Notes under the pieces: model-generated
Seen by the model: only the letters and a program-made list of their open reading frames with translations
What the model was told of the DNA's origin: nothing
The model's database searches: none
Program-made: the position numbers and the translations under genes
NCBI GenBank assembly: GCA_046262315.1
Contig: JBHEMZ010000054.1
Coordinates: forward strand, 267-64,266
DNA: 64,000 nt
Reading direction: 5' to 3'
Source of the DNA: Gaiellaceae bacterium
GTDB taxonomy: Bacteria > Actinomycetota > Thermoleophilia > Gaiellales > Gaiellaceae
In this document: positions 7,880 through 17,113 of the stretch, in pieces
Numbering within the stretch: position 1 is the first letter of the stretch
Layout: every line of letters starts with the position of its first letter

Positions 7880-8905
7880 ATGTCCGTTGACGACACGGTG
7901 GTGAGCGCGGCCGAGCTGGCCCGGCTGGCCGAGAAGCTCGGCATCGACGTCGTGGGCGCCGCCCCCGTCGAGCCCTACACGGAGACGGAACGGCACATCC
8001 GCGAACGCCGCGCGCGCGGTCTCTTCGCCGACATGAAGTTCACGATGGCCCAGCCGGACCTCTCATGCCATCCTGAGCGGCTGCTCTCCGGCGCGCGCAC
8101 GGTCGTCTCGGCTGCGCTCTGCTACTACACGCCAGGCCCCGAGCCCGGGCCGGGTGAAGGGCGCCTGCCTCGGTATACCTGGTACGACGCCTACGCGGAG
8201 CTGCGCACGAAGCTCGATGCGCTCGCCCGGCGGCTGGGCGGTTCCTACCGCGTGCTCGTCGACGCCAACCAGCATGTCGACCGCGAAGGCGCCGCGCGCG
8301 CGGGCGTCGGATTCTACGGCAAGAACACGATGCTGATCACGCGCCGGCACGGCTCGTGGGTCGTGCTCGGCACGCTCGTCAGCGACCTCGAGATCGAGGC
8401 CACGCCACGCCTCGAGCTGGACTGCGGCACGTGCACCCTCTGCATCGACGCCTGCCCGACAGGCGCGCTCGACGAGCCCGGAACGCTCGACGCCACGAGG
8501 TGCCTGTCGTACTGGACGCAATCCGCGAGTCCAATGCCCGAGCCGTACCGGGAGGAGATCGGCGCGCAGGTCTACGGCTGCGACATCTGCCAGGACGTCT
8601 GCCCGTGGAACCGCGGCATCGAGAAGCGCCGGGCCGGCCAATCGCTGCCCGAAGGCGCCGAAGCAATCGTCTCGCTCGTGGACTGGCTCGAGTCAGAGCC
8701 GGAAGAGCTCCGCCGCCGCTACGACCGCCTCTTCGTGCCGCGGAACGACGGGCGCCACCTGAGGCGCAACGCGCTCGTCGCGCTCGGTAACACCGGCGGA
8801 GCAGAGCTGCTGGGCACGGCAGAACGATTCGTCGAGGACGCGGACCCGGGCGTCGCGGACGCCGCCGTGTGGGCGGCACGGCGCATCCGTCCCGGTACCG
8901 GCTAG
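7880..8905 (+). CDS. queG: Epoxyqueuosine reductase
   Basis: The 4Fe-4S motifs CGTCTLCIDACPTGA and CDICQDVCPWN, the segment RCLSYWTQ, and C-terminal HEAT-like repeats. A GGAGAAGG Shine-Dalgarno-like (SD, ribosome-binding) element precedes the ATG. Confidence 0.85.
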   Translation: MSVDDTVVSAAELARLAEKLGIDVVGAAPVEPYTETERHIRERRARGLFADMKFTMAQPDLSCHPERLLSGARTVVSAALCYYTPGPEPGPGEGRLPRYTWYDAYAELRTKLDALARRLGGSYRVLVDANQHVDREGAARAGVGFYGKNTMLITRRHGSWVVLGTLVSDLEIEATPRLELDCGTCTLCIDACPTGALDEPGTLDATRCLSYWTQSASPMPEPYREEIGAQVYGCDICQDVCPWNRGIEKRRAGQSLPEGAEAIVSLVDWLESEPEELRRRYDRLFVPRNDGRHLRRNALVALGNTGGAELLGTAERFVEDADPGVADAAVWAARRIRPGTG

Positions 8906-10905
8906 GCCGGCGCGCCGACCTTCAACTGCTGTGCCAGCGCCTTGGCCCGCACCGCGACTTGCTTCCTGAGGTCGGCCGGCTCGAGCACGACCGCCTCGCC
9001 GCGGTCCGACAGGATCTCGCCGACGAGCCACTCGGGCGAGCCCACCGCCGGCTCGGCGATCGCCGCCCCGTCCGTCAGTGGTCGCGCGCCGCGCTCCACC
9101 TTCCAGCGAGCGATCGCCGGCGAGTACCAGATGCGCGCCCGGCGCGCGTCCCGCAGTCGCTGGGGCTCGAAGCCCGCGCGAGGCTCGAACCCATCCTTTG
9201 ACGGCATGGCGCTGCGCATGCGGTCGAGCCGGAACGAGCGCTCTCCGCCGCTCGTGCGATCCCACGTGTGCACGTACCAGTGCGGCAACCGGCGCTCGAG
9301 CGCGTAGGGCTCGACCAGGCGGTGCGACGGAGTCTCGTCACCCTCCTTCAGGTACTCGAGCTCGACGAGGCGGCGATCCCGGATGCCTTCGGTGAGCGCG
9401 GCGATCAGGGACTCCTCGTCGCGGTCGACGTGCGGCTCCGGCGTCTGCGCAAGCTGGAACGCTCCGAACGTCTCCTCGAGCTTGCGGCGGACGCGTTCGA
9501 GCGGGGTGTGCGCGTCCGCAGCGATCATCGGCCCGACGAACTCGAGCGCGAGCCGAATCGCCCGCGCCTCGAGCGGCGTGAGACGCGGCGGCGAGCGAAA
9601 TGTGTCGCCGAAGAGCTCCTTCTCCACGTGCACCGCGTTGCCCTTGAGCTCTGCGTACACGGCGTAACAGCCGCCGCCGAAGTTGACGAGGTTCAGCAAC
9701 GACAGATGCTCCTCGAGCGCTTCGTAGGGGATGTGGAAGCGCTCGACGAGCTCAGCCGCCGGGAAGTCGGCAGACGTCTCCTCGCCGCAGCGGTCGAGCA
9801 GGTACGCGAGCAGTGCCTGGAGGACGCCGAATCGTTCCGGCGCGACCGGGCCCGCCGGCCGCTCGGGCGGCTCGCCCTCCTCAGCGCCCAGTTCAGCCGC
9901 GACGTCGGGACCGGCGCCACCGTGCCGCTTCCGCACGCGTCCAAGTGCCGCCTGCACCTCGCGCACGAGCTTCGGTGGTTCCAGCGGTACGGCGCGACCG
10001 TCCTGGCGCAGGATCCACGAGGCGAGCAGTGGGAGCGAGGCGTACTCGGTGACGAAGACGCCGTCCTCCACTCGGCCGCGGTCGCCGAACACGCGCTCCA
10101 CCCACCAGGCCGTGTCGCCGGCGACCGCGATGCGCGCCTCGCCGGCCGGCTCGCCGACCTGCCACGGGGGGCGGCCCCGAAACTGCTCGACGTCGAACTC
10201 GGCCGGCAGCCGGAAGTCGCGCTCGCGCCGCGTCGCGAGCCGGATGTCGCCACGGATCCGCGCCACGCGAAACGTGCGCATCGCGTCGCGGTCGAGGTCC
10301 TGGCCGACGAGGTACCAGAGTCCGTTGTCCGAGAGCAGCGCGTACGGGTTGACGAGCCGCTCGGAGATCTCGTCCCGGCCGATCGACCAGTACGAGAACC
10401 GCACGGTGCGCTGCTTCGATATCGCCGACTCGAGCTTCGCCAGCCGGCCCGGCATCTCGGGCGAGTAATCCGGGTCGAACACCTCCACCCGCACGGCCGT
10501 CTCCGTGGCCGGCTCCCTGAAGCCCGGCCGTCCGAGCGCCAGGTTCTGAAGCGCGAGGCGCAGCGGCTCCGCATAGGCGAACTTGCCCTCCAGCAGGTAG
10601 AGCGCCGTCTGGAGCGCCGCCAGCTCATCGTCGCGCAGCTTCAGCTCGGGGAGGAAGTACCGCTCAGAGCGCAGCGTGTACAGCTCCTCTCCCGTGAACT
10701 CGTCACGCTGTGAGTCGAGCGGCACGCCCAGTGCCAGCAGCTCGGCTCGGTCGGAATAGAAGCGCCGCGCGAAAGCCTCGTCCGACATCTCGGAATAGCC
10801 CTCGACGTTCTGCTTGACATCGCGCGCGGTGATGGGCCGGCGTTCCGCCATGAGGAAGGCGACCAGCGAGAGCTGCCTGATGAGCTTGTCGGTGTCGTGG
10901 GACAC
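8902..10905 (-). CDS. Fused PafB-PafC-like transcriptional regulator (two tandem HTH-WYL-WCX modules)
   Basis: 667 aa. The first module has an N-terminal HTH and NGLWYLVGQDLDRDAMRTFRVARI. The second has LNLVNFGGGCYAVYAE and HWYVHTWDRTSGGERSFRLDRM. Confidence 0.75.
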   Translation of the reverse strand: MSHDTDKLIRQLSLVAFLMAERRPITARDVKQNVEGYSEMSDEAFARRFYSDRAELLALGVPLDSQRDEFTGEELYTLRSERYFLPELKLRDDELAALQTALYLLEGKFAYAEPLRLALQNLALGRPGFREPATETAVRVEVFDPDYSPEMPGRLAKLESAISKQRTVRFSYWSIGRDEISERLVNPYALLSDNGLWYLVGQDLDRDAMRTFRVARIRGDIRLATRRERDFRLPAEFDVEQFRGRPPWQVGEPAGEARIAVAGDTAWWVERVFGDRGRVEDGVFVTEYASLPLLASWILRQDGRAVPLEPPKLVREVQAALGRVRKRHGGAGPDVAAELGAEEGEPPERPAGPVAPERFGVLQALLAYLLDRCGEETSADFPAAELVERFHIPYEALEEHLSLLNLVNFGGGCYAVYAELKGNAVHVEKELFGDTFRSPPRLTPLEARAIRLALEFVGPMIAADAHTPLERVRRKLEETFGAFQLAQTPEPHVDRDEESLIAALTEGIRDRRLVELEYLKEGDETPSHRLVEPYALERRLPHWYVHTWDRTSGGERSFRLDRMRSAMPSKDGFEPRAGFEPQRLRDARRARIWYSPAIARWKVERGARPLTDGAAIAEPAVGSPEWLVGEILSDRGEAVVLEPADLRKQVAVRAKALAQQLKVGAPA

Positions 10906-11108
10906 GCCGCCCTATTCTGTCGCATCCGGCACCGGGGCTTGCATTCCGACCGCGCGTCCTGTATTTCAAGCCCTCGGCGTTCCCCAACCGGGCGCCGGAT
11001 CTTCGGGGGTACGTTGCCGCAAAAGGCAACCAGGCGCCCGAGTTTGTAACAGGACTGTGAAAACGTTAGACTGACGGCTGAGCAGCCGCTCGTTCCCCCC
11101 AGATCCGC

Positions 11109-11603
11109 ATGACGACAACCTTCTCGCCCCCTTACGCCGCTGAAGCATGTGGAGAAACGAACGGGCGCGCCGAACTAATTCAGGCGTGTATGTATCAGTA
11201 CTCGCGAGCAATTTATCGCTCGATTCGAGACCTGATCGACCCGTACGCACCGGACGACGTGCGGCTCGAGTACCGTCGGGCTGTCCTCTGGGAGTGCGAG
11301 CAGACGATGGAGCGGCTCGCCCGAGACCCCCAGTACTTCTCGAAGCCCGACCGCGCGCTCTTCCAGGATATCCGGCGCTACTTTCCGATCACCGCGCAAG
11401 CGCAGGTCGCGTGGACGGTGAGCGAGGGCATCACTGCTGCGGTCGACTTCGTGGAGGAACAGATCGAGGCGGGCGCGTTCGACGGCGGCGTGCCTCGCTG
11501 CCGCGCCACGACGCGCAAGGGCAAGCCGTGCCAGCGCACGCCCCTCCCGGACCGCGACTACTGCCCGTCCCACCAGCATCTCGAGAGCGCAAGAGCGGCG
11601 TAG
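11109..11603 (+). CDS. Hypothetical protein with a C-terminal CX9CX10CX2H zinc-finger-like motif
   Basis: 164-aa ORF divergent from the PafBC-like gene. The motif is CRATTRKGKPCQRTPLPDRDYCPSH. The real start may be the internal MYQYSRAIY. Confidence 0.4.
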   Translation: MTTTFSPPYAAEACGETNGRAELIQACMYQYSRAIYRSIRDLIDPYAPDDVRLEYRRAVLWECEQTMERLARDPQYFSKPDRALFQDIRRYFPITAQAQVAWTVSEGITAAVDFVEEQIEAGAFDGGVPRCRATTRKGKPCQRTPLPDRDYCPSHQHLESARAA

Positions 11604-11623
11604 GATCCCGAGGGAGGGTTAGG

Positions 11624-12298
11624 CTAGGTCACGATCTGGCGCGTGTACGCGCGGCCGTAGCCCAGTTTTTGAGCCTGGGCCAAGGCACTGGCAGCGTCGT
11701 CTGCCGATTCGTAGACGCCGCTGAAGATCACGAAGTAGCCGGGGTGAAGGCTCGGGTAGCGCGAAGAGTCGAGCAGGCCCACGTCTGGGAGGCCCGCACG
11801 GCTCGCCTTCCTGGCCGTCTTCGTGGCGGCCGCGCGGCCGACGGTTGACGGGAGCGACGCGATGACCACCGTGTAGGCGCTGCTCGCGAGCGGCCACTCG
11901 ACAAGCTCGCCCCGCTTCCGGCCGGGCGGCCGCTTCGCGGCGCCAGGCCCGGTCGTGCGCTCCTCAGGCGCGGGCGTCGAGGTCGCCTGGCGCGGACGCT
12001 GCGCGGGCGGCACCGGCCGGTCAGAGGTGGCCACGATCGGGAGGGCGCGCGGCTCTCCCTCGTCCGTCATCACGAGCGCGACTGTCCCCGCGGTGGCTGC
12101 GACGACCAGCAGGAGCAGCGCGCTCCAGATCCAGTCACCGGGATACCACGGCAGCCTGGCTCGCCACGCGCCCGCCAGCGCCGGCAGCATTCCACGCCCG
12201 GGCGCGAGGCGTCCTCCGCACTCCAGGCAGTACTCCTGGCCCGGCTCGCCCTCGGCGCCGCAGGCGGGGCACGCCTGACCGTCGGGTACCGCTCTCAC
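11624..12298 (-). CDS. Zinc-ribbon / transmembrane / SPOR-domain protein
   Basis: An N-terminal CPACG...CLECG motif, a TM helix (WIWSALLLLVVAATAGTVALV), and a C-terminal SPOR-like segment (YTVVIASLPS...GYFVIFSGVYESADDAASAL). The GTG start overlaps the upstream stop (GTGA). Confidence 0.7.
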   Translation of the reverse strand: MRAVPDGQACPACGAEGEPGQEYCLECGGRLAPGRGMLPALAGAWRARLPWYPGDWIWSALLLLVVAATAGTVALVMTDEGEPRALPIVATSDRPVPPAQRPRQATSTPAPEERTTGPGAAKRPPGRKRGELVEWPLASSAYTVVIASLPSTVGRAAATKTARKASRAGLPDVGLLDSSRYPSLHPGYFVIFSGVYESADDAASALAQAQKLGYGRAYTRQIVT

Positions 12299-12864
12299 GG
12301 ATCCTCCTCGCCCTCGACCTCGCGCCAGAACTGCTCGCCGGCCGCGGTCTGTTCGTAGGTCGCGGACACGTGCTCGGGACCCGCCGTCTGCCCTGCGACG
12401 CTGCCGCAGCTCGAGCAGAAGCGCGCGTCGGCCGGGAGCGCCGCTCCGCAGCGGGCGCAGGTGACGACGGCCTCGCCGCCCGGCCGCCCGCAGTTCGCGC
12501 AGAAGTGCGTCCCCCAGGCAAGCGGAGCCCCGCACTCGCAGTGCGCCCCCGGCCGCCGCCGGCGCGCGGCCGCGGCGCGCGCCAGGATCGCCTCGATCTC
12601 GCCGATGCGATCCTCGAGCACGAGAACCTCGCGGCACTGCTCGAACAGCAGGTCCTGCCGGAAGCGGCCGCGGCGGACCATCTCCAGGACGAGTCCACCG
12701 AGGTCGCGGATCCGATCCTCGCGCACGCGCGCCAGCGCGCGTCGCTCGCGTCGCAGGGCCCCGGGAGGCGCCGGGACGGTCCGAGCGTCGCCGGGCGTCG
12801 CCGGCGACGGCGGAGAGCTGCCGCTGCGCCCGCGCAGGCGGCCGAGCACCGGGCGTCGCGCCAT
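12295..12864 (-). CDS. Double zinc-ribbon domain protein
   Basis: CECG...CANCG and CARCG...CSSCG pairs follow a helical segment (IRDLGGLVLEMVRRGRF). The start (MARRPVLG) is uncertain. Confidence 0.5.
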   Translation of the reverse strand: MARRPVLGRLRGRSGSSPPSPATPGDARTVPAPPGALRRERRALARVREDRIRDLGGLVLEMVRRGRFRQDLLFEQCREVLVLEDRIGEIEAILARAAAARRRRPGAHCECGAPLAWGTHFCANCGRPGGEAVVTCARCGAALPADARFCSSCGSVAGQTAGPEHVSATYEQTAAGEQFWREVEGEEDP

Positions 12865-13031
12865 CCGGCGGCCGAGTGTACCCGCCGCGCCTGTCGAGCC
12901 GGTTCTACGGCGATGGCGGCGATGCGCGCGGCCGATCCCGAGCGGGTACGCGCCGACCTGCATCGCGACGCTCCCCCAAGGAGTGCGAGTCCGATCACGC
13001 CCGCGCCTTCCCCCGGCGGCGTGTCGCAAAG

Positions 13032-14459
13032 CTACTCCCCGACGACGACGACGCGATGTTCGGTGAGCTCGCGGACGGCGTAGGCCGGCCCCTCGCGCGT
13101 GTTGCCGGACGCCTTCATGCCGCCGTACGGCATCTGGTCGGCGCGGAACGTCGGCGCTTCGTTGATCGTGACGCCGCCGAACTCGAGCTCGCGGGCCGCG
13201 CGCAGCGCACTCGCCAGGCTCCCCGTGAAGATCCCCGCCTGAAGGCCATAGCGCGTGGCGTTCGCGAGCATGATCGCTTCTCCCAGCGAGTCGTACGCCG
13301 TGACGGTCACCAGGGGCCCGAACACCTCCTCGCAGGACACTTTCGCGTTCCTCGGCGGCTCCGCGAGCACAGTCGGGCTAACCAGGCCGGCCTCGAGAGT
13401 TCCGCCCGTCAGAAGTCGCGCGCCGCCCGCGTGGGCCTCCTCGATCCAGGCCAGTACGCGGTCGCGCGCTTCCGTGTCGATCAGCGGCCCGACATCGGTC
13501 TCCTCGTCGGCCGGGTCGCCGACGGACAGCGCCTCTACCGCGGGCACGAGAGCCTCGAGGAAGCCGTCGTACGCGGGGCGGGCCACGTAGACCCGCTGCA
13601 CCGAGATGCAGCTCTGGCCCGCAAACGAGAAGCCGTGCTGCGCGACCGCCTGCGCCGCCGTCTCGACGTCCGCGTCCGCCTCGACGATCAGCGGCGTCGC
13701 GTTTCCCAGCTCGAGCAGCACGTGCTTGCGCGGCGCCCGCCCGCGTAGTCTCCACCCGACCTCGCCCGAGCCGGTGAAGGTGAGCACGGCCACGCGCGAA
13801 TCCCCGACGAGTACGTCTCCGATCTCCGACGAGGGCCCAACGATCACGTTCAGCCACCCCGGCGGCAACCCGGCTTCGTGCTCGAGCTCCGCAAGCAGAA
13901 GCGCCGAGAGCGGCGTCTGGCTCGCGGGTTTCAGGACGACCGCACAACCGGCGGCCAGCGCGGGTGCGATCTTGTGGGCCACGAGGTTCAGCGGGAAGTT
14001 GAAGGGCGAGATCGCGCTCACGACACCGCGCGGGATCCGCAGCGTGAAGGCGAGCCTGCCCTCGCCAGCCTGTGAGGCGTCCATCGGCACCATCTCGCCG
14101 GCGAGCTTGCGCGCCTCGACCGCCGCCATCGTGTAGGTGGACATGGCGCGCCTCGCCTCGACGCGCGCCGCCTTCATCGGCTTGCCGGCCTCGTCGGAGA
14201 TCAGCCGCGCTACCTCGTCGTGGCGCCGGCCGAGCGCTCCGGCCACGCGCACGAGGATCTCCGCGCGCTTGTGAGCGGGCAGCGGCTCGCGCATCGCGCG
14301 CTCGGCGGCGTCGATCGCCCGGCGCGTCTCGGCGGCACCCGCCTTCGCCACGCGGCCAACCACGTCACCGGAGTAAGGCGAGCGAACCTCGAGCCACTCG
14401 CCTGTCTCGACCCACTCGCCGTCGATCAGGAGCTCGTGCTCCACCGCCGTTGCCGCCAC
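13032..14459 (-). CDS. NAD(P)-dependent aldehyde dehydrogenase
   Basis: 475 aa. ISPFNFPLNL, FTGSGEVGW, LELGNATP, and the catalytic FAGQSCISVQR. Confidence 0.9.
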   Translation of the reverse strand: MAATAVEHELLIDGEWVETGEWLEVRSPYSGDVVGRVAKAGAAETRRAIDAAERAMREPLPAHKRAEILVRVAGALGRRHDEVARLISDEAGKPMKAARVEARRAMSTYTMAAVEARKLAGEMVPMDASQAGEGRLAFTLRIPRGVVSAISPFNFPLNLVAHKIAPALAAGCAVVLKPASQTPLSALLLAELEHEAGLPPGWLNVIVGPSSEIGDVLVGDSRVAVLTFTGSGEVGWRLRGRAPRKHVLLELGNATPLIVEADADVETAAQAVAQHGFSFAGQSCISVQRVYVARPAYDGFLEALVPAVEALSVGDPADEETDVGPLIDTEARDRVLAWIEEAHAGGARLLTGGTLEAGLVSPTVLAEPPRNAKVSCEEVFGPLVTVTAYDSLGEAIMLANATRYGLQAGIFTGSLASALRAARELEFGGVTINEAPTFRADQMPYGGMKASGNTREGPAYAVRELTEHRVVVVGE

Positions 14460-14484
14460 GTGGCAAGTCTAGGAAACTGGCAAC

Positions 14485-15795
14485 GTGGAGCCGGACATCC
14501 ACTACGTGCGCAGCGGGGGAGTGTCGATCGCGTACCAGATCGTCGGCGCCGGCGACACGGATCTCGTCTACGTCCCCGACTATGTCTCGAACCTCGTCTA
14601 CGGGTGGGAGTCGCCGCACTGGCGCCGGTTCTACGACCGACTCGCGCAGTCGTTCCGGCTGATCCTCTTCGACAAGCGCGGGACCGGGCTCTCCGACCTC
14701 GGCGGTCACTTCCCCGCACTCGAAACGCGGATGGAGGACCTCCACGCGGTCCTCGAAGCAGTCGGCTCGTCGAGCGCCGTCCTCTTCGGCTCCCACGACG
14801 GCTGCTCCATGGCCGCGCTCTACGCCGCCACCTATCCGGAGCGCACGCGCGCGCTCGTGCTCTTCCATCCGGTGGCAGAAGACCCGACCGCTAGTGACCC
14901 CCGGGAGCAGGCCAGACTGACGCGGATGCGTGACGAGTGGGGAACGCAGGCGTACAGCGACGAGATACTGGAGGCGAGCTGTCCGGAGCTCTTCGAACGC
15001 GAGGAGAATCGCCTCTGGTTCGCGAATTGGCTGCGCGTCGGCGCGAGCCCCTCGGTGGCGTATGCGCTGAACCGCGCCTGGTTCGAGACCGACCTGCGTG
15101 ACGTGCTTCCTGCCGTGCGGATCCCCTCGCTCGTGCTCTTTCGCCGCCACACGGACGCCGAGGAGCCCGCGCTGGACGTCGCGCGCCGGATTCCCACCGC
15201 TCACGCGGCGGTGGTTTCGGGCGACGCGTACTGGGGCGTTTTCCTGTCACCGGAGATCCCCGACGAGATCGAACGCTTCGTCGCCGGCGAGGAGCTCCCG
15301 TCGGTTCCCGACACGGTGCTCGCGACGCTGCTCTTTACGGACATCGCCGGCTCGACAGAACGCGCGGCCGAGCTCGGGGATCGCGCCTGGCGCGAGCTCC
15401 TCACGCGGCACCACACGCTCGTGCGGCGTGAGCTGACGCGCTTCCGCGGCGAGGAGAAGGACACCGCGGGGGACGGGTTCTTCGCGACGTTCGACGGCCC
15501 CGCTCGCGCGATCCGATGCGCGCAGGCCGTGGTCGGCGGCGTGCGCGAGCTCGGCCTCGACCTGCGCGCAGGCGTCCACACCGGCGAGTGCGAGCTCCAC
15601 GACGAGAAGGTGGCGGGACTCGCCGTCTCGATCGGAGCACGCGTCGCGGCGGCCGCCCAGCCGGGAGAGGTGCTCGTCTCGCAAACCGTGAAGGATCTGG
15701 TCGCCGGCTCGGGGCTCGAGTTCGACGACCGTGGCGCTCACTCGTTGAAGGGCGTGCCGGGCGAATGGAGGCTCTATGCCGTCGGCGCTGCCTGA
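14485..15795 (+). CDS. Alpha/beta-hydrolase-fold / class III adenylate-guanylate cyclase fusion (LipJ-like), paralog A
   Basis: The N-terminus has LILFDKRGTGLSD. The C-terminal cyclase domain has LFTDIAGSTE, DTAGDGFFATFDGPARAIRCA and GVHTGECE. The nucleophile-elbow position reads GSHDG. Confidence 0.85.
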   Translation: MEPDIHYVRSGGVSIAYQIVGAGDTDLVYVPDYVSNLVYGWESPHWRRFYDRLAQSFRLILFDKRGTGLSDLGGHFPALETRMEDLHAVLEAVGSSSAVLFGSHDGCSMAALYAATYPERTRALVLFHPVAEDPTASDPREQARLTRMRDEWGTQAYSDEILEASCPELFEREENRLWFANWLRVGASPSVAYALNRAWFETDLRDVLPAVRIPSLVLFRRHTDAEEPALDVARRIPTAHAAVVSGDAYWGVFLSPEIPDEIERFVAGEELPSVPDTVLATLLFTDIAGSTERAAELGDRAWRELLTRHHTLVRRELTRFRGEEKDTAGDGFFATFDGPARAIRCAQAVVGGVRELGLDLRAGVHTGECELHDEKVAGLAVSIGARVAAAAQPGEVLVSQTVKDLVAGSGLEFDDRGAHSLKGVPGEWRLYAVGAA

Positions 15796-17113
15796 GACGC
15801 GCTATGCGAAGAGCGGCGACCTCAACATCGCGTACCAGGTCGTCGGTGAGGGGCCGCTCGACCTCGTCTACGTGCCCGGCTGGATCTCGAACGTCGAGCT
15901 CATGTGGGATGAGCCCGCGCATGCCCACGTACTCCAACGGCTGGCCCGCTTCTCGCGCCTGATCCTCTTCGACAAGCGGGGGACGGGACTCTCTGATCCG
16001 GTTCCGCTCGACCGCCTGCCCACGCTCGAGGAGCGCATGGACGACGTCCGAGCGGTGCTCGACGCCGTCGGCTCCGAGCATACGGCGCTCTTCGGTTTCT
16101 CCGAGGGCGGCCTGATGAGCTTGCTCTTCGCGGCCACGTATCCGGAGCGGACGACGGCGCTCGTCGTGTACGGCATCTTCGCCAAGAGAATCTGGAGCCC
16201 CGACTATCCATGGGCGCCAAAGCCCGAGCCGCGGCGGCGCGAGATCGAGGCGCTGGAGCGGAACTGGGCGGAGAAGATGGATCTCGATCAGCTCGCGCCC
16301 AGCGAGGACGACGCCTTCAAGCGCCGGCTCGCCACCTACTTTCGCCGGAGCGCGAGTCCCGGCGCAGCGGTCGCCCTTCTGCGCATGAACACGCAGATCG
16401 ACGTGCGGGACGTGCTGCCGTCGATCCAGGCGCCGACACTCGTCCTCCATCGCAGCGACGACCGCGACGTGAAGGTGGAGGAGGGGCGTTGGATCGCCGC
16501 CCGCATCCCCGGAGCGAAGTACGTCGAGCTTGCGGGGGATGCCCACACGATGTGGGCAGGCGACACGGACGCGATCGTCGACGAGGTGGAGGCGTTCCTA
16601 ACCGGCGTCCGTCGCGGCCCGGAGCCCGACCGTGTGCTCGCGACCGTGCTCTTCACCGACATCGTCGGCTCGACCGAGCGGGCGACCGAGCTCGGCGACC
16701 GCCGCTGGCGCGAGCTGCTCGATCGGCACCACACGCTCGTGCGTCAGCGGCTGGAGCGCTTCCAGGGCCGCGAGGTGGATACGGCGGGTGACGGCTTCCT
16801 CGCCACCTTCGACGGGCCTGCGCGCGGGATTCGCTGCGCCCGGGCGATCGGTGACGCCGTGCGCGAGCTCGGCGTCGAGATCCGCGCTGGCCTGCACACG
16901 GGTGAGTGCGCGGTCGGCAACGGCAAGGTCAGCGGGATCGCCGTCCACACCGGCGCGCGGGTCGCGGCGAAGGCCGGCGCCGGCGAGGTGCTCGTGTCGA
17001 GCACCGTGAAGGACCTCGTCGCCGGGTCGGGGATCGAGTTCGAGGATCGGGGTGCCCACGAGCTCAAGGGCATGCCCGGCGAATGGCGGCTCTATGCTGT
17101 TTCCAGTGTCTAG
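15776..17113 (+). CDS. Alpha/beta-hydrolase-fold / class III adenylate-guanylate cyclase fusion (LipJ-like), paralog B
   Basis: Same architecture as the upstream gene. The GFSEG nucleophile elbow is intact. The cyclase domain has LFTDIVGSTE, DTAGDGFLATFDGPARGIRCA and GLHTGECA. Confidence 0.85.
   Translation: MPSALPETRYAKSGDLNIAYQVVGEGPLDLVYVPGWISNVELMWDEPAHAHVLQRLARFSRLILFDKRGTGLSDPVPLDRLPTLEERMDDVRAVLDAVGSEHTALFGFSEGGLMSLLFAATYPERTTALVVYGIFAKRIWSPDYPWAPKPEPRRREIEALERNWAEKMDLDQLAPSEDDAFKRRLATYFRRSASPGAAVALLRMNTQIDVRDVLPSIQAPTLVLHRSDDRDVKVEEGRWIAARIPGAKYVELAGDAHTMWAGDTDAIVDEVEAFLTGVRRGPEPDRVLATVLFTDIVGSTERATELGDRRWRELLDRHHTLVRQRLERFQGREVDTAGDGFLATFDGPARGIRCARAIGDAVRELGVEIRAGLHTGECAVGNGKVSGIAVHTGARVAAKAGAGEVLVSSTVKDLVAGSGIEFEDRGAHELKGMPGEWRLYAVSSV

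Noticed and set aside
10906-11108. A PafBC (RecA-NDp-type) promoter motif in the divergent spacer
   Set aside because: I looked for a TGTC-containing -35-like element with a TAnnnT -10 element at the reported spacing. Only a partial TGTCGCAT is present. That is not convincing without a matrix scan.
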